A stretch of DNA of 11,544 nucleotides from the NCBI GenBank assembly GCA_013152825.1, contig JAADFP010000115.1, forward strand, positions 1 to 11,544. The letters are read 5' to 3'. This stretch comes from Caldisericota bacterium. Lineage in GTDB: Bacteria > CAIJMQ01 > JAADFP01. Position 1 is the first letter of the stretch. Each line of letters begins with the position of its first letter. The notes beneath the pieces are model-generated. The model ran no database searches. It was not told where the DNA came from and worked only from the letters and a program-made list of their open reading frames with translations. A program made the position numbers and the translations under genes. Positions 1 through 8,080 of this stretch are shown here, in pieces.

Positions 1-301
1 CTCCTGCAGTAACATAATATCCCAGGGCTATACAGGCCAGCACTGCTATGCTGGCAAGCTCGGTAAGCTCGAGCTTGCCGGTAAAGAACCCCTTAAACGA
101 ACCCACTATCATGGGAATACCCAGGAGAAGTGCTCCCAGCAAAGCACTTATACCAGAAATCTCCGGACGGTCCGGGAACATGCGCGTGGCTATAAAGGCA
201 TTGAAAATAAGAATTCCCCCGATAAGAGTGAATATGAGACGCCGGACTAATTCCCTTTCTTCTTCATGAGCATGTACTGGATGGTAAAGTTCTTCTTTCA
301 T
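1..301 (-). CDS. Probable P1B-type heavy-metal-translocating P-type ATPase (ZntA/CadA-like), N-terminal ~100 aa only; the gene continues beyond the left edge
   Basis: Hand-translated reverse complement from ATG at 301..299: MKEELYHPVHAHEEERELVRRLIFTLIGGILIFNAFIATRMFPDRPEISGISALLGALLLGIPMIVGSFKGFFTGKLELTELASIAVLACIALGYYVTAG. There is no stop before position 1. Hydrophobic helix pairs and the segment GKLELTELASIAVLACIALGYY resemble the first transmembrane hairpins of Zn/Cd P1B-ATPases. His-rich N-terminus, no HMA domain. The ATG directly abuts the hflK stop (TAA-ATG). It is missing from the supplied ORF track, presumably because it is truncated by the window edge. Confidence 0.45.
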   Translation of the reverse strand, partial: MKEELYHPVHAHEEERELVRRLIFTLIGGILIFNAFIATRMFPDRPEISGISALLGALLLGIPMIVGSFKGFFTGKLELTELASIAVLACIALGYYVTAG

Positions 302-1342
302 TTACTTACTCTCTTTCCATCGTTGTTTCTTTCCCAGGATTATTCTCAATTCATTCTCCTTGCCCGGGAATGGTCTTTTCAGGATGAATTTATTCTGTAA
401 ATTGGCCAGTATTTCTTCTATCTTTTCTTGATAGAAGTAAGCAAGATACACATTAAGCCCCTTAGACCCCTCCCCGAATTTCTGGGTAAGTTTTTCAATA
501 TACTCGGCATCAGCACGTGCTTCATTAACTACTTCGCTGCGGTAGGTATTTGCCTCTCCCACAATCCTCGCCGCTTCTCCCCGTGCAGTATTCACTACCC
601 GGTTGGCATAAGACTTAGCTTCATTTATGCGTGCACTTTTTATCTGCTCGGATTTAATCACTTTGTTAAATGCATCTGCTACCTGGAGAGGCGGAACCGA
701 ACGATCCAGGTACACGGCCACAAGGGTTAAGCCAGAACCCAGCTCGTCAAGAGTCTTCTGTGCCTCGTTTTTGACCATGCGAGAAAAGGTTTCCAGCCGG
801 GTACGCAATGCTTCATCAACCGAGAGTCTTCCTCCTACACGCACTATAGCATTAGAGACCGCGATTTTTATCATGGATTCTTCCTGGCTGGTACGGGTAA
901 GGTACAAAATGGGATCGTCTATCTGGTACTCTATATGCCATAAAGTGTGAATAATATTGTTATCTCCGGTTATCAAATACCCGTGCAACCACGGAATCAG
1001 GAAAGGAGCAGGGGTAACATTCTCCTTGTCTAAATCCGGATCCCAGAATTCCTTCAACTCTATAGACTTAACTTTCTTGACCGGTATACGCACAACTTTA
1101 TCTATAGGCTCGGGAAAAGACCAGTGGAAGCCAGGCTTCAGTACCCTTTCATCTCCAATTCCTTTAATCTTTCCCCAGCGAAGCACTACAGCTACTTCAT
1201 CCTGTTTAACGGTAAAAAAACCCGAGAGCAGATAGGAAATCACCAGAACAGCTACCAGAACCTTAAGGAAATAGAAACTTAACCTGAGAGCACGGGAAAA
1301 GTACTCTAATGCTTGGCTTTGTTCCTTACTTTTTTTCGCCAT
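302..1342 (-). CDS. hflK: HflK-like SPFH/band-7 membrane protein (FtsH protease modulator subunit)
   Basis: ORF 302..1378. One N-terminal TM helix, then an SPFH core (VKQDEVAVVLRWGKIKG...), then an HflK-type C-terminal coiled-coil/tail (ARGEAARIVGEANTYRSE... NVYLAYFYQEKIEEIL). Preferred start is the internal ATG at 1342 (MAKKSKEQ), which has the SD-like GGAGAAAG 6 nt upstream. The ATG at 1378 has a C-rich upstream region with no SD. The gene overlaps the hflC 3' end. Confidence 0.8.
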   Translation of the reverse strand: MAKKSKEQSQALEYFSRALRLSFYFLKVLVAVLVISYLLSGFFTVKQDEVAVVLRWGKIKGIGDERVLKPGFHWSFPEPIDKVVRIPVKKVKSIELKEFWDPDLDKENVTPAPFLIPWLHGYLITGDNNIIHTLWHIEYQIDDPILYLTRTSQEESMIKIAVSNAIVRVGGRLSVDEALRTRLETFSRMVKNEAQKTLDELGSGLTLVAVYLDRSVPPLQVADAFNKVIKSEQIKSARINEAKSYANRVVNTARGEAARIVGEANTYRSEVVNEARADAEYIEKLTQKFGEGSKGLNVYLAYFYQEKIEEILANLQNKFILKRPFPGKENELRIILGKKQRWKESK

Positions 1343-2253
1343 TGTCTTTCTCCAGGTATCCACCCAGGAGTAAATCATAGGGGGGAGTCCGACTATCCAG
1401 GATGATAGTGGAATTACTCTTAAGAGTGTTCTCCAGGGCTTCTAACTTTCTCAGGAAAATTGCCAGGTCCTCATTCTTGCTGAAAATATCGTAGTAGCGT
1501 GCAGCCTCTGCATCGCCTTCCCCTTTGATTCTTTTGGCCTGGGCCCGGGCTTCTGCCAGTATCTTGTCCTTTTCGGCATCTGCCTTCGCCTTTATGTCGC
1601 TGGCCATGCCTTCACCTTCTGCCAGGAATTTCTGGGCTATTCTCTCTCTTTCCTTCCGCATCCTTTCAAACACATCCTGAGTAACCTCCTGGGGAAACTG
1701 TATCCTCTTGAGTACCACTTCCAGGATTTTTATCCCGTATGTTTTCTCCGATTCCGCAGAAGATAATTCCTTAATTTTTTCCTGGATTTCGTCTAATTTA
1801 AGTAATTTCTTATCTATTCTTATCTACATTAATCAGCTGGGAAAGCTCATAAGTACCAATAACCCCGTTTTCATAATTTCTTACCAGGGAAACCAGTTTT
1901 CTCTCTGCTGCATCCTTGCTGCCTACAGAAGTAAAAAACTTGAGTGGTTCCTTTATTTTCCAGAAGGTAGAAGTAATCAAAATTATATTCTTTCCATCGC
2001 GGGTGTAGGTTTCCTCCATCTTACTCTCCAGCACATTAATCCTGCCATCGAAGTGGTACACCTCCTGGATGGGCCAGGGAGCCTTCCAGTAAAGCCCGGG
2101 TTCGTTTATAACCCGCACCGGTTTACCAAAAGTGGTGATCACCGCCATCTTCCCCACCGGCACCTGGAAGGCAATAAGGTATAGAACAAGTATGATGAGC
2201 AGGAACAACCCCAGAGAAAAAGTGTATGGGTTCCAGATTCTTTTTTTACTCAT
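1326..2253 (-). pseudogene. hflC: HflC-like SPFH/band-7 protein, reading frame interrupted by a 10-bp tandem duplication (fragments 1810..2253 and 1326..1718)
   Basis: The N-terminal fragment (TM helix + SPFH core ...NYENGVIGTYELSQLINVDKNR*) and the C-terminal fragment (VLKRIQFPQEVTQDVFERMRKERERIAQKF...GEGDAEAARYYDIFSKNEDLAIFLRKLEALEN) are collinear with HflC. The C-fragment frame stays open upstream to 1823 (…KKLLKLDEIQEKIKELSSAESEKTYGIKILEV-VLKRIQ). Removing one 10-bp repeat copy fuses both frames into a ~311-aa HflC. The start has a strong SD (AAGGAG, 9-nt spacer) and an ATGA overlap with the upstream gene. Confidence 0.75.
1807..1826. repeat. Perfect 10-bp tandem duplication TTCTTATCTA x2 (coding strand TAGATAAGAA x2) that causes the +1 frameshift in hflC
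   Basis: Read directly: 1807-1816 and 1817-1826 are identical. The minus-strand codon phase is ≡1 mod 3 upstream of the duplication and ≡0 mod 3 downstream of it. Confidence 0.9.
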
Positions 2254-4121
2254 TTTTTAATCTCCTTTGTTTCTGTTCCCAGACCTAAGGAAAGAATATC
2301 GGGCAGAGGAGTCTTCTCCAGGTCAAGCACAGTGACATTTCTTTCCCTCTCAGATGAAACCACAATATATTTTCTGGGAGAAAGGAGGCTCCTTTCCAGC
2401 GTTTTCAAATAGTGTCTATATTTGAAAATGCGGGGATTCTTCTGGTAAGCCTGCAATTCCTTTAAAAATTCTTCTCCCCGTGCCTCCGATTCCACAGACC
2501 TGGTCAATCTGTAAGACTCTGCCTGTACTTTTATCCGGGAGGCATCGTAATCCGCCAGGGTAAGCTCCCGGTTTCTGTAAGATTCCGCATCCAGAATATA
2601 TGCTTCCTTTCTTTCCATTGCACCCACAACTTTCTCAAAACTCAATGCCGTCTCCACGGGCGGGTGAACATTCCCCACACTCACCATGACTATCTTTATT
2701 CCCAGATTATGCTTATCTGCTTCTTTTTGAATATTCTCCTTGAGTATATTAGCCAGCGAAAGCCTCTTCACATTCAACACTTCAAAGAAATCGGCGTTCA
2801 TCATCATTCTGGTAAACTGGTTATAGACAAGACTCTCCAGGAGTTTATTCGGTTGAGCCTGGGTATATGCATAATCAAATAGTTTATCAGGGTCAATGCG
2901 ATAGTAAACCCAGACAACACCAGTAAGGAAATTCACCGGCACAGTGGTATAACGGGAAGAAGAAGTAGCTCCTTCCTTGCTGGCAATTATCCAGTTAAAT
3001 TCTTCTTCATAGTGCCTTTCCGTCCAGAGAACTCTTCCCCCTTCTTCGCCACGCACCCCGGCACGGATAGTCTTTATCCGCTCTACATCGTAAATCTTAG
3101 CCTTTCCAATAGGCCAGGGAAACTTGAGATGAATTCCGGGGCCAAAAACTTTCCCCCCTTCTATCGGCTTTCCCAGGAATTCTATGAAAGCTCTTTCATA
3201 GGGTCTCACAATTACCAAAGAAGTTAGTAAGTAAAGCAAGGCAATCTGCAATATAATAAGAGGAATAAGCCGCTTCTTCACAAACTGGTAAAACCAGGTT
3301 TGCGTTATACGAAAGCCAAACTGGTAATCAAGTATCTCCGAGAAAGAAGGGATAACTTCTTCAGGCGTGGAAAGCAGGTATAAAATTCGTGAGTCAAAAG
3401 AAAGCCGTCTCTCTGCCGTGGAAGAACGATAAAAAGAAAGGATAATATTCAGGGCATATTCGAACCCCACCGCGACGAGCAGGATATTAAGCAGATAGAA
3501 GACAAACCATTCTACCTTGGGAAGGCCAAAGTTTCTTAGAGTCAAAGATATAGCCACCAGGAAAGTGAAAAAGGCATTAACTCCCAGGAAGGTCCCGATA
3601 CTGCGCAGGTCATGCCATAACTTCTCCTTGGACATACCCAGGATATAGCGAGAGAACAAGAAAATGAGAAAAGTTAATCCGATTAGTAAAAGAGGAATGG
3701 CCGAATTTGGCTTGTAGAGTGCCCTTTCCCCCCAGAGATAGAGCATTATTCGGAAGGGAACATAAAAGAGAAGGAAGGAAAGTATTAAGGTTATCCCGGG
3801 GATTACCCACTTTTCAGTTTGTCTTAAACGTATACGGGAAATCAGCAGAGTGCTTTCCTCGTCCCTGAACATCCGCCCTTCTTTTTTGGCAAGCTCTTCT
3901 ACTTCCTCCCTTTCCAGTCTTTCTCTATACCTCTGCTGGAAAAGGAGAAAGAGCAGGGTAAAAATGGGGACACCTATTCCAGCATGAAAAGCTTCGGTAA
4001 GGAGAAGAGGAGATTTCACCTGCAAATACATTATGTAGAAGACGAGGGACAAGAAAACCTGGAAGAGGGAAGCTCCCAGGGCTACCTGGAAAGCCCGCCG
4101 CAATTTATCCTTATCTTCCAC
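2250..4121 (-). CDS. Membrane protein with an N-terminal ~6-TM domain fused to a C-terminal SPFH/band-7 HflK-like domain (623 aa)
   Basis: Residues 1-~310 are hydrophobic with ~6-7 predicted helices. Residues ~330-560 form an SPFH core (FIEFLGKPIEGGKVFGPGIHLKFPWPIGKAKIYDVERIKTI...) plus an HflK-type C-terminal region (AESYRNRELTLADYDASRIKVQAESYRLTRSVESEARGEEF...RIFKYRHYLKTLER). GTG start at 4121 is preceded by AAGGAGGT with a 5-nt spacer. It overlaps the permease stop by 11 nt and the hflC start by ATGA. Confidence 0.75.
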   Translation of the reverse strand: MEDKDKLRRAFQVALGASLFQVFLSLVFYIMYLQVKSPLLLTEAFHAGIGVPIFTLLFLLFQQRYRERLEREEVEELAKKEGRMFRDEESTLLISRIRLRQTEKWVIPGITLILSFLLFYVPFRIMLYLWGERALYKPNSAIPLLLIGLTFLIFLFSRYILGMSKEKLWHDLRSIGTFLGVNAFFTFLVAISLTLRNFGLPKVEWFVFYLLNILLVAVGFEYALNIILSFYRSSTAERRLSFDSRILYLLSTPEEVIPSFSEILDYQFGFRITQTWFYQFVKKRLIPLIILQIALLYLLTSLVIVRPYERAFIEFLGKPIEGGKVFGPGIHLKFPWPIGKAKIYDVERIKTIRAGVRGEEGGRVLWTERHYEEEFNWIIASKEGATSSSRYTTVPVNFLTGVVWVYYRIDPDKLFDYAYTQAQPNKLLESLVYNQFTRMMMNADFFEVLNVKRLSLANILKENIQKEADKHNLGIKIVMVSVGNVHPPVETALSFEKVVGAMERKEAYILDAESYRNRELTLADYDASRIKVQAESYRLTRSVESEARGEEFLKELQAYQKNPRIFKYRHYLKTLERSLLSPRKYIVVSSERERNVTVLDLEKTPLPDILSLGLGTETKEIKK

Positions 4122-5064
4122 CGGATACCTCCTTCCTTTCCCAGATACTCCAACCTAAAAAGGTCATACCCAGAGTATAGAAAAACATATATCCCAGCGT
4201 CTTCCACAGGTAATGAAGCGTTATGCCCCCTCCTTTTAACCAGGTTTCTTCACTCCAGAAAATCTGGAAATTGGGGATAAGAGAATATATTATTTTTATT
4301 CCTGGATTGTGCATAAACTTACCTAAAATGTAATCGGAAGTAAGTCCAAGCATAAAAATCAGGAAGGAAAAAGTCAGGGTAAAAAACAACTTTCCCCTCA
4401 GGGAAAACAGAGAAGCCACCGGCGCCATAACTATTCCTGCCATCCATAGAAAAACTGCCGGAAGGAATAAATTCAGCTGCAGTGCACTTTTATCAACGAA
4501 ATAAAGGATCAGGAGAGAAAGGACAAGAGAAACATTCAGCGAGATGACAAAAGCAGAAGCAAAATTTTTATCAGCATAATAATTAGCCCCACCTGCCAGA
4601 ATTACTGCCACCAGCAAAGGTAAAAATTCGAACCAGAGTATAGAATACTTAACTTCACTGTAAGCTGCTTCCGGCACACCCATCTTCAAGGTCATTATAA
4701 GAACGATAACCAGCGGAACGAGCACAAACAGGAGGGAAAGAGCAACCGCGAAAATCTTGGAGATAAGAAAAGTAAAGCGGGATACCGGCTTACTCAAAAG
4801 GAGGGTGCTGGTCTTCTCCTCCATCTCTCCTCCCACAATGGAGAAAATACCCAGCACACTCACTCCCAATTCGGATAAAAGAATAGTAGCCAGCCCCATA
4901 TCCAGAATCAGCTTTTTTGCATGCATTGCATGCATTAGAGTAAACATGGTAAATGCAGGACTGGCCAGGATAAAGAGGTATGCTCCCACGGTAACAAGAG
5001 AAAAAAACGGCTGTCGGATTACATTATAGAACGAAATATGGGCTAATGCAGGAAAAGCTCTCAT
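4111..5064 (-). CDS. ABC-2 family transporter permease (GldF/NosY-like), 6 TM
   Basis: Polytopic hydrophobic protein. The diagnostic ABC-2 loop motif is GGEMEEKTSTLLLSKPVSRFTFLISKIFA (E-x-GT-LLLs-PvsR...K). No ATPase gene is adjacent in the window. Confidence 0.65.
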   Translation of the reverse strand: MRAFPALAHISFYNVIRQPFFSLVTVGAYLFILASPAFTMFTLMHAMHAKKLILDMGLATILLSELGVSVLGIFSIVGGEMEEKTSTLLLSKPVSRFTFLISKIFAVALSLLFVLVPLVIVLIMTLKMGVPEAAYSEVKYSILWFEFLPLLVAVILAGGANYYADKNFASAFVISLNVSLVLSLLILYFVDKSALQLNLFLPAVFLWMAGIVMAPVASLFSLRGKLFFTLTFSFLIFMLGLTSDYILGKFMHNPGIKIIYSLIPNFQIFWSEETWLKGGGITLHYLWKTLGYMFFYTLGMTFLGWSIWERKEVSGGR

Positions 5065-5136
5065 AATAAGTAAGACATTACTTCAACTTGACTCCAAAAT
5101 TACCACGGAGCACATATCCAAATTATAAAGCTTTAA

Positions 5137-5145
5137 ATTATACCA
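5137..5145 (-). promoter_or_regulatory. Candidate extended -10 element (TGGTATAAT) for the permease/SPFH operon
   Basis: Minus strand reads ...TCTTGTGGTATAATTTAAAGCTTTATAATTTGG... about 75 nt upstream of the permease ATG at 5064. TGnTATAAT is a perfect extended -10. I found no convincing -35. Confidence 0.3.
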
Positions 5146-5280
5146 CAAGAAATGACTTTTCATATCTGTAATACTATTTCTCCATAATATACCATACCCC
5201 TGTATTGTATGGCAAGGGGGTTGGGAAAGATGGCAAATAGCCCCTGTTCCCGGAGGATGCGGGGAGGACAGACAGGTATG

Positions 5281-5631
5281 ACAGGCGGGCAATCAACCAG
5301 GAATACCAGGATAATAAGAAACCAGGATTACCCATTCACTACTTACTGCTCACCATTTACTTTTTACTGCTTACTAACTCTTCCCTCGCTACTCACTACC
5401 AAGTACTCCCCAGTCTATAGCCTCATTCGGTAACCGGTTGCGGTTGCGCCGCTCGAAACGGTATCCGTTATCCGTCTACCGTCTCCCCCCTCTGTGCCTC
5501 TCTTTCTCCTCCTCGTCATTCCCGCGCAAGCGGGAATCCAGGATTCTGTATCCTGCATCGCCCTTCCCTCACTACTAACTACTATCTACTCACTACTTCC
5601 CCCAGTCTATGGTCTAAAGTCTTTCTATCTC
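5281..5631 (+). repeat. Composite intergenic repeat element, copy A: GGCGGGCAAT/ACCAGGA end, YACT low-complexity tract, TAGACTN-type heptamers. It carries a unique 140-bp GC-richer insert at 5421-5560.
   Basis: 5281-5420 aligns by eye (~85-90 % in the first 60 nt) to the reverse complement of 11440-11523: acaggcgggcaatcaaccaggaataccaggataataagaaaccaggatta vs ataggcgggcaataaaccaggaataccaggatcctaagaaaccaggatta. 5560-5631 (cccttccctcactactaactactatctact...cccccagtctatggtctaaagtcttt) matches RC 11257-11340. The heptamer part overlaps the last ~5 codons and the stop of the oxidoreductase gene. Confidence 0.6.
5518..5555. other. Two adjacent perfect hairpins: ATTCCCGC-GCAA-GCGGGAAT (8 bp, GNRA loop) and CAGGAT-TCTGT-ATCCTG (6 bp)
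   Basis: Inverted repeats read directly within the unique insert of copy A. Neither strand has a following U-tract, so this is not a canonical intrinsic terminator. Confidence 0.45.
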
Positions 5632-6690
5632 CACGGGAGCTCCCTCCTTCTCCACGCTCTCCATCACCGCAGCAGCAATGCTCGTAGTTACCACTCCGTC
5701 TTCTCCCATGGCTACTTTCCCCTTCAGATTTTCAATTTTTCCGCCCTGCCTCAAAAACTGGAGGTTATAGATAAAGTCCATTATTGATTCAAAGCCGTAC
5801 CCGTGGTACTCCTCGTTACCCCATTTATCCTCGGTTTTCTCAAAGAAACCCAGGTTAAAAGTCTTCATTCCTCTTCCCCTAAAACAGCCTCTCATCCCCC
5901 GATACTGTGAATCCACCTCTATCATGCCCTTATCCCCCACCAGGCGGAATTCCTGGTTTACCACTGCCTCAAATTCCTCGGGAAGAATCCAGGAAGTATC
6001 AAAGGTAATGGATATTCCATCTTCATACTCCACCTTGGCCTGTATAGAATCGTAGGTGTCTATTCCCATATTCTTGAGAACTCTCTTTATCCCGGTAGCC
6101 ACCACCCTCACTGGCTTTTTCTTGATTATCCAGGTAAGCAAGTCATAGAAATGTACTCCCAGGAACCAGACGGGGGAAGAGCGGGGAGCCCAATTGGGGA
6201 AACAGTCCCGGGGCAGATTTATGACATCTTCCATCATTACATGGCCATACTGAATTTCTCCCAGCTCTCCGCTTTTTACTATTCTTTCTGCTTCCCTGTG
6301 ATAAGGGTCATAACGTTTATGAAAATCCACCTGCAGGAAAACCCCCTTATCCCGGGCCTTTCTATCAATTTCCCTGGCTCCCTGCACCGTAACATCCAGT
6401 GGTTTCTCCACTAAAAGAGGCAATCCCCGCTCAATAACCTCCAGAGCTATATCTTTGTGTAAATGGTCCGGGGTAGCAATGGTCACGGCATCCGGCTTTT
6501 CAGTCTCCAGCATCTGGCGAAAATCTGTATAACCTTTCACCCCGAAACTCTCGTATTGTTTTTTAAGTGTTTCTTCATTCAAATCAGACAGGGCAAGAAG
6601 TTTTACTTCTCCCCTTCTCTCCATTTGCTTGAAAGCTCTCAAATGATTTGTCCCAAAAGCTCCTCCTCCAATTACACAGATCTTAATCAT
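5614..6690 (-). CDS. Gfo/Idh/MocA family NAD(P)-dependent oxidoreductase
   Basis: N-terminal Rossmann motif MIKICVIGGGAFGTNHLRAF; family-typical EKPL motif (LLVEKPLDVTVQGAREI); 358 aa. SD GGAGGAAGAG upstream, embedded in the 3' end of the M20 gene (8-nt overlap). Confidence 0.8.
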   Translation of the reverse strand: MIKICVIGGGAFGTNHLRAFKQMERRGEVKLLALSDLNEETLKKQYESFGVKGYTDFRQMLETEKPDAVTIATPDHLHKDIALEVIERGLPLLVEKPLDVTVQGAREIDRKARDKGVFLQVDFHKRYDPYHREAERIVKSGELGEIQYGHVMMEDVINLPRDCFPNWAPRSSPVWFLGVHFYDLLTWIIKKKPVRVVATGIKRVLKNMGIDTYDSIQAKVEYEDGISITFDTSWILPEEFEAVVNQEFRLVGDKGMIEVDSQYRGMRGCFRGRGMKTFNLGFFEKTEDKWGNEEYHGYGFESIMDFIYNLQFLRQGGKIENLKGKVAMGEDGVVTTSIAAAVMESVEKEGAPVEIERL

Positions 6691-7933
6691 TCTCTTCCTC
6701 CCGGGTTAAAAAATGGATTAATATTTCAGAAGCCTTTATAATTTCATCAATACTGATTTTTTCCTCCCTGGAATGCGCTTCACAGATATCTCCCGGCCCA
6801 AAAACCACTACCGGCATTTTCCCCACATGGTAGAAAAGGCGAGCATCGCAACTCACAATAAACCCGGTAACACGCGAGGGAACCTCTGCTTTTTCCGCCG
6901 CACACTGCAACTCTTTAACCAGCCAATGTTCCGGAGAGATAGCATACGCTTCGTTACGAAGTTTCGGAAACTCCAGTGTGTAATTTTTCCGTATCCAGGC
7001 ATCCGGGTGCGAAGAAAGTATCTCTGCAAGCTCTTCTTTTACCTGCGAGATACTTTTATTCGGCAGAAATCCCACCCCCCCCTCGATAACTGCTTCATCC
7101 GCCACCATGGAGGGCCACTCGCCCCCTTTTATAGTTCCCACATTCACCTGCACAGGATAGGAGTACTCCTGGAAAAGAGGCACATTCTGGCTTTCCTTCA
7201 GGAGTTTTCTCTCGTATTCCTGGAGGGATTCTATCACCTGCATCATTTTTTCTATTGCATTAACTCCTTCATATTTTCTCCCCATATGCACCGGCTTTCC
7301 CTTTATGGTAATTCTGAACCAGATAGCCCCCCGATTTGCAGGATGAATATTGAGCCTGGAGGCTTCCATCACAATCACCCCGTCTCCCCTGTAACCAGAG
7401 AGGATAGCTGCCAGGCTGCCATTTCCCCCCACCTCCTCCTCAATTACTATCTGGATATGCCCTCTTTTCCTTATTTTAAGCCCCAAATCCTTTATGGCCA
7501 GAAAGGCAAGGTAGAGAGCAGCTATCTGTCCCTTGCAATCCACTGCTCCCCTGCCAATTACCCAATCTCCCTCTACCCGGGGGCTAAAGGCATCTTCCCA
7601 GTCAGCGGGACCTACAACATCGGAATGGGTATTGATAATAATAGACCTCTCTCCCTCCCCTTCCCAGAAAGCCAAGAGATTCTTGCGCTCGGATAGTGGA
7701 TATTCCTGCGGTAGAGAGATATACTCCTGATGCTTCTGCAGCTCTGGAGGAAAAGGAACAAGCTCGGTTTTCAAGGCAAGCGAAGAGAAAACCTCCTTAA
7801 GATGCTCCTGGATTTGTTTCTCCCCCCCGCCAGTAACACTGGAGAGGGAAATTAACTCTTTAAGAAAATTTATCAACTCCTGCTTTTTAGAAATTAGATA
7901 CGCCCTTTCTCTCCTGGCACTATGCTCAGACAT
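6683..7933 (-). CDS. M20 family metallo-amidohydrolase/peptidase (ArgE/DapE/acetylornithine deacetylase-like)
   Basis: 416 aa with M20 signatures: NTHSDVV, GRGAVDCKG, and an acidic EEEVGG metal-ligand region. Strong SD TAAGGAGT 8 nt upstream of the ATG at 7933. Confidence 0.8.
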   Translation of the reverse strand: MSEHSARRERAYLISKKQELINFLKELISLSSVTGGGEKQIQEHLKEVFSSLALKTELVPFPPELQKHQEYISLPQEYPLSERKNLLAFWEGEGERSIIINTHSDVVGPADWEDAFSPRVEGDWVIGRGAVDCKGQIAALYLAFLAIKDLGLKIRKRGHIQIVIEEEVGGNGSLAAILSGYRGDGVIVMEASRLNIHPANRGAIWFRITIKGKPVHMGRKYEGVNAIEKMMQVIESLQEYERKLLKESQNVPLFQEYSYPVQVNVGTIKGGEWPSMVADEAVIEGGVGFLPNKSISQVKEELAEILSSHPDAWIRKNYTLEFPKLRNEAYAISPEHWLVKELQCAAEKAEVPSRVTGFIVSCDARLFYHVGKMPVVVFGPGDICEAHSREEKISIDEIIKASEILIHFLTREEEND

Positions 7934-8037
7934 TTAACAAACTCCTTACAGATATACTTTTAAACCCTAAATCCAAAATCCTAAATAAACCCAAAATCCA
8001 AATGCTCAAGCTCAAAACTCGCGTACTGAGGGAACCC

Positions 8038-8073
8038 TGCCCGCCTCCCGATGGATATCGGGACAGGCGGGCG
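8038..8073 (-). terminator. GC-rich imperfect hairpin downstream of the aminotransferase stop: weak terminator candidate or repeat-element hairpin
   Basis: 8039-8052 (GCCCGCCTCCCGAT) pairs with 8057-8072 (ATCGGGACAGGCGGGC) around a 2-nt bulge and a GGAT loop, ~14 bp in total. On the minus strand the nearest U-rich stretch (GAGTTTT) lies ~17 nt downstream, so intrinsic termination is uncertain. Immediately followed by ACAGGCGGGC + CTACTAACTACT, motifs shared with the large repeat element. Confidence 0.3.
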
Positions 8074-8080
8074 CTACTAA

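Noticed and set aside
428-2184. Plus-strand ORFs 428..730, 627..950, 957..1235 and 1708..2184
   Set aside because: All are antisense to hflK/hflC, with no motifs and no RBS.
5083-5787. Small ORFs 5083..5292 (-), 5209..5433 (+) and 5494..5787 (+) in the long intergenic region
   Set aside because: They run through low-complexity repeat sequence (polypyrimidine tracts translate into S/L/T-rich nonsense) and have no SD. I judge them non-coding.
6773-7696. 307-aa plus-strand ORF antisense to the M20 gene
   Set aside because: It lies fully inside a well-supported minus-strand gene. It has low-complexity His/Phe/Leu-rich composition and no recognisable domain, which is the typical shadow-ORF pattern.
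7944-7952. CCCTAAA telomere-like motif
   Set aside because: Single occurrence within the A-tract region; not a tandem array.
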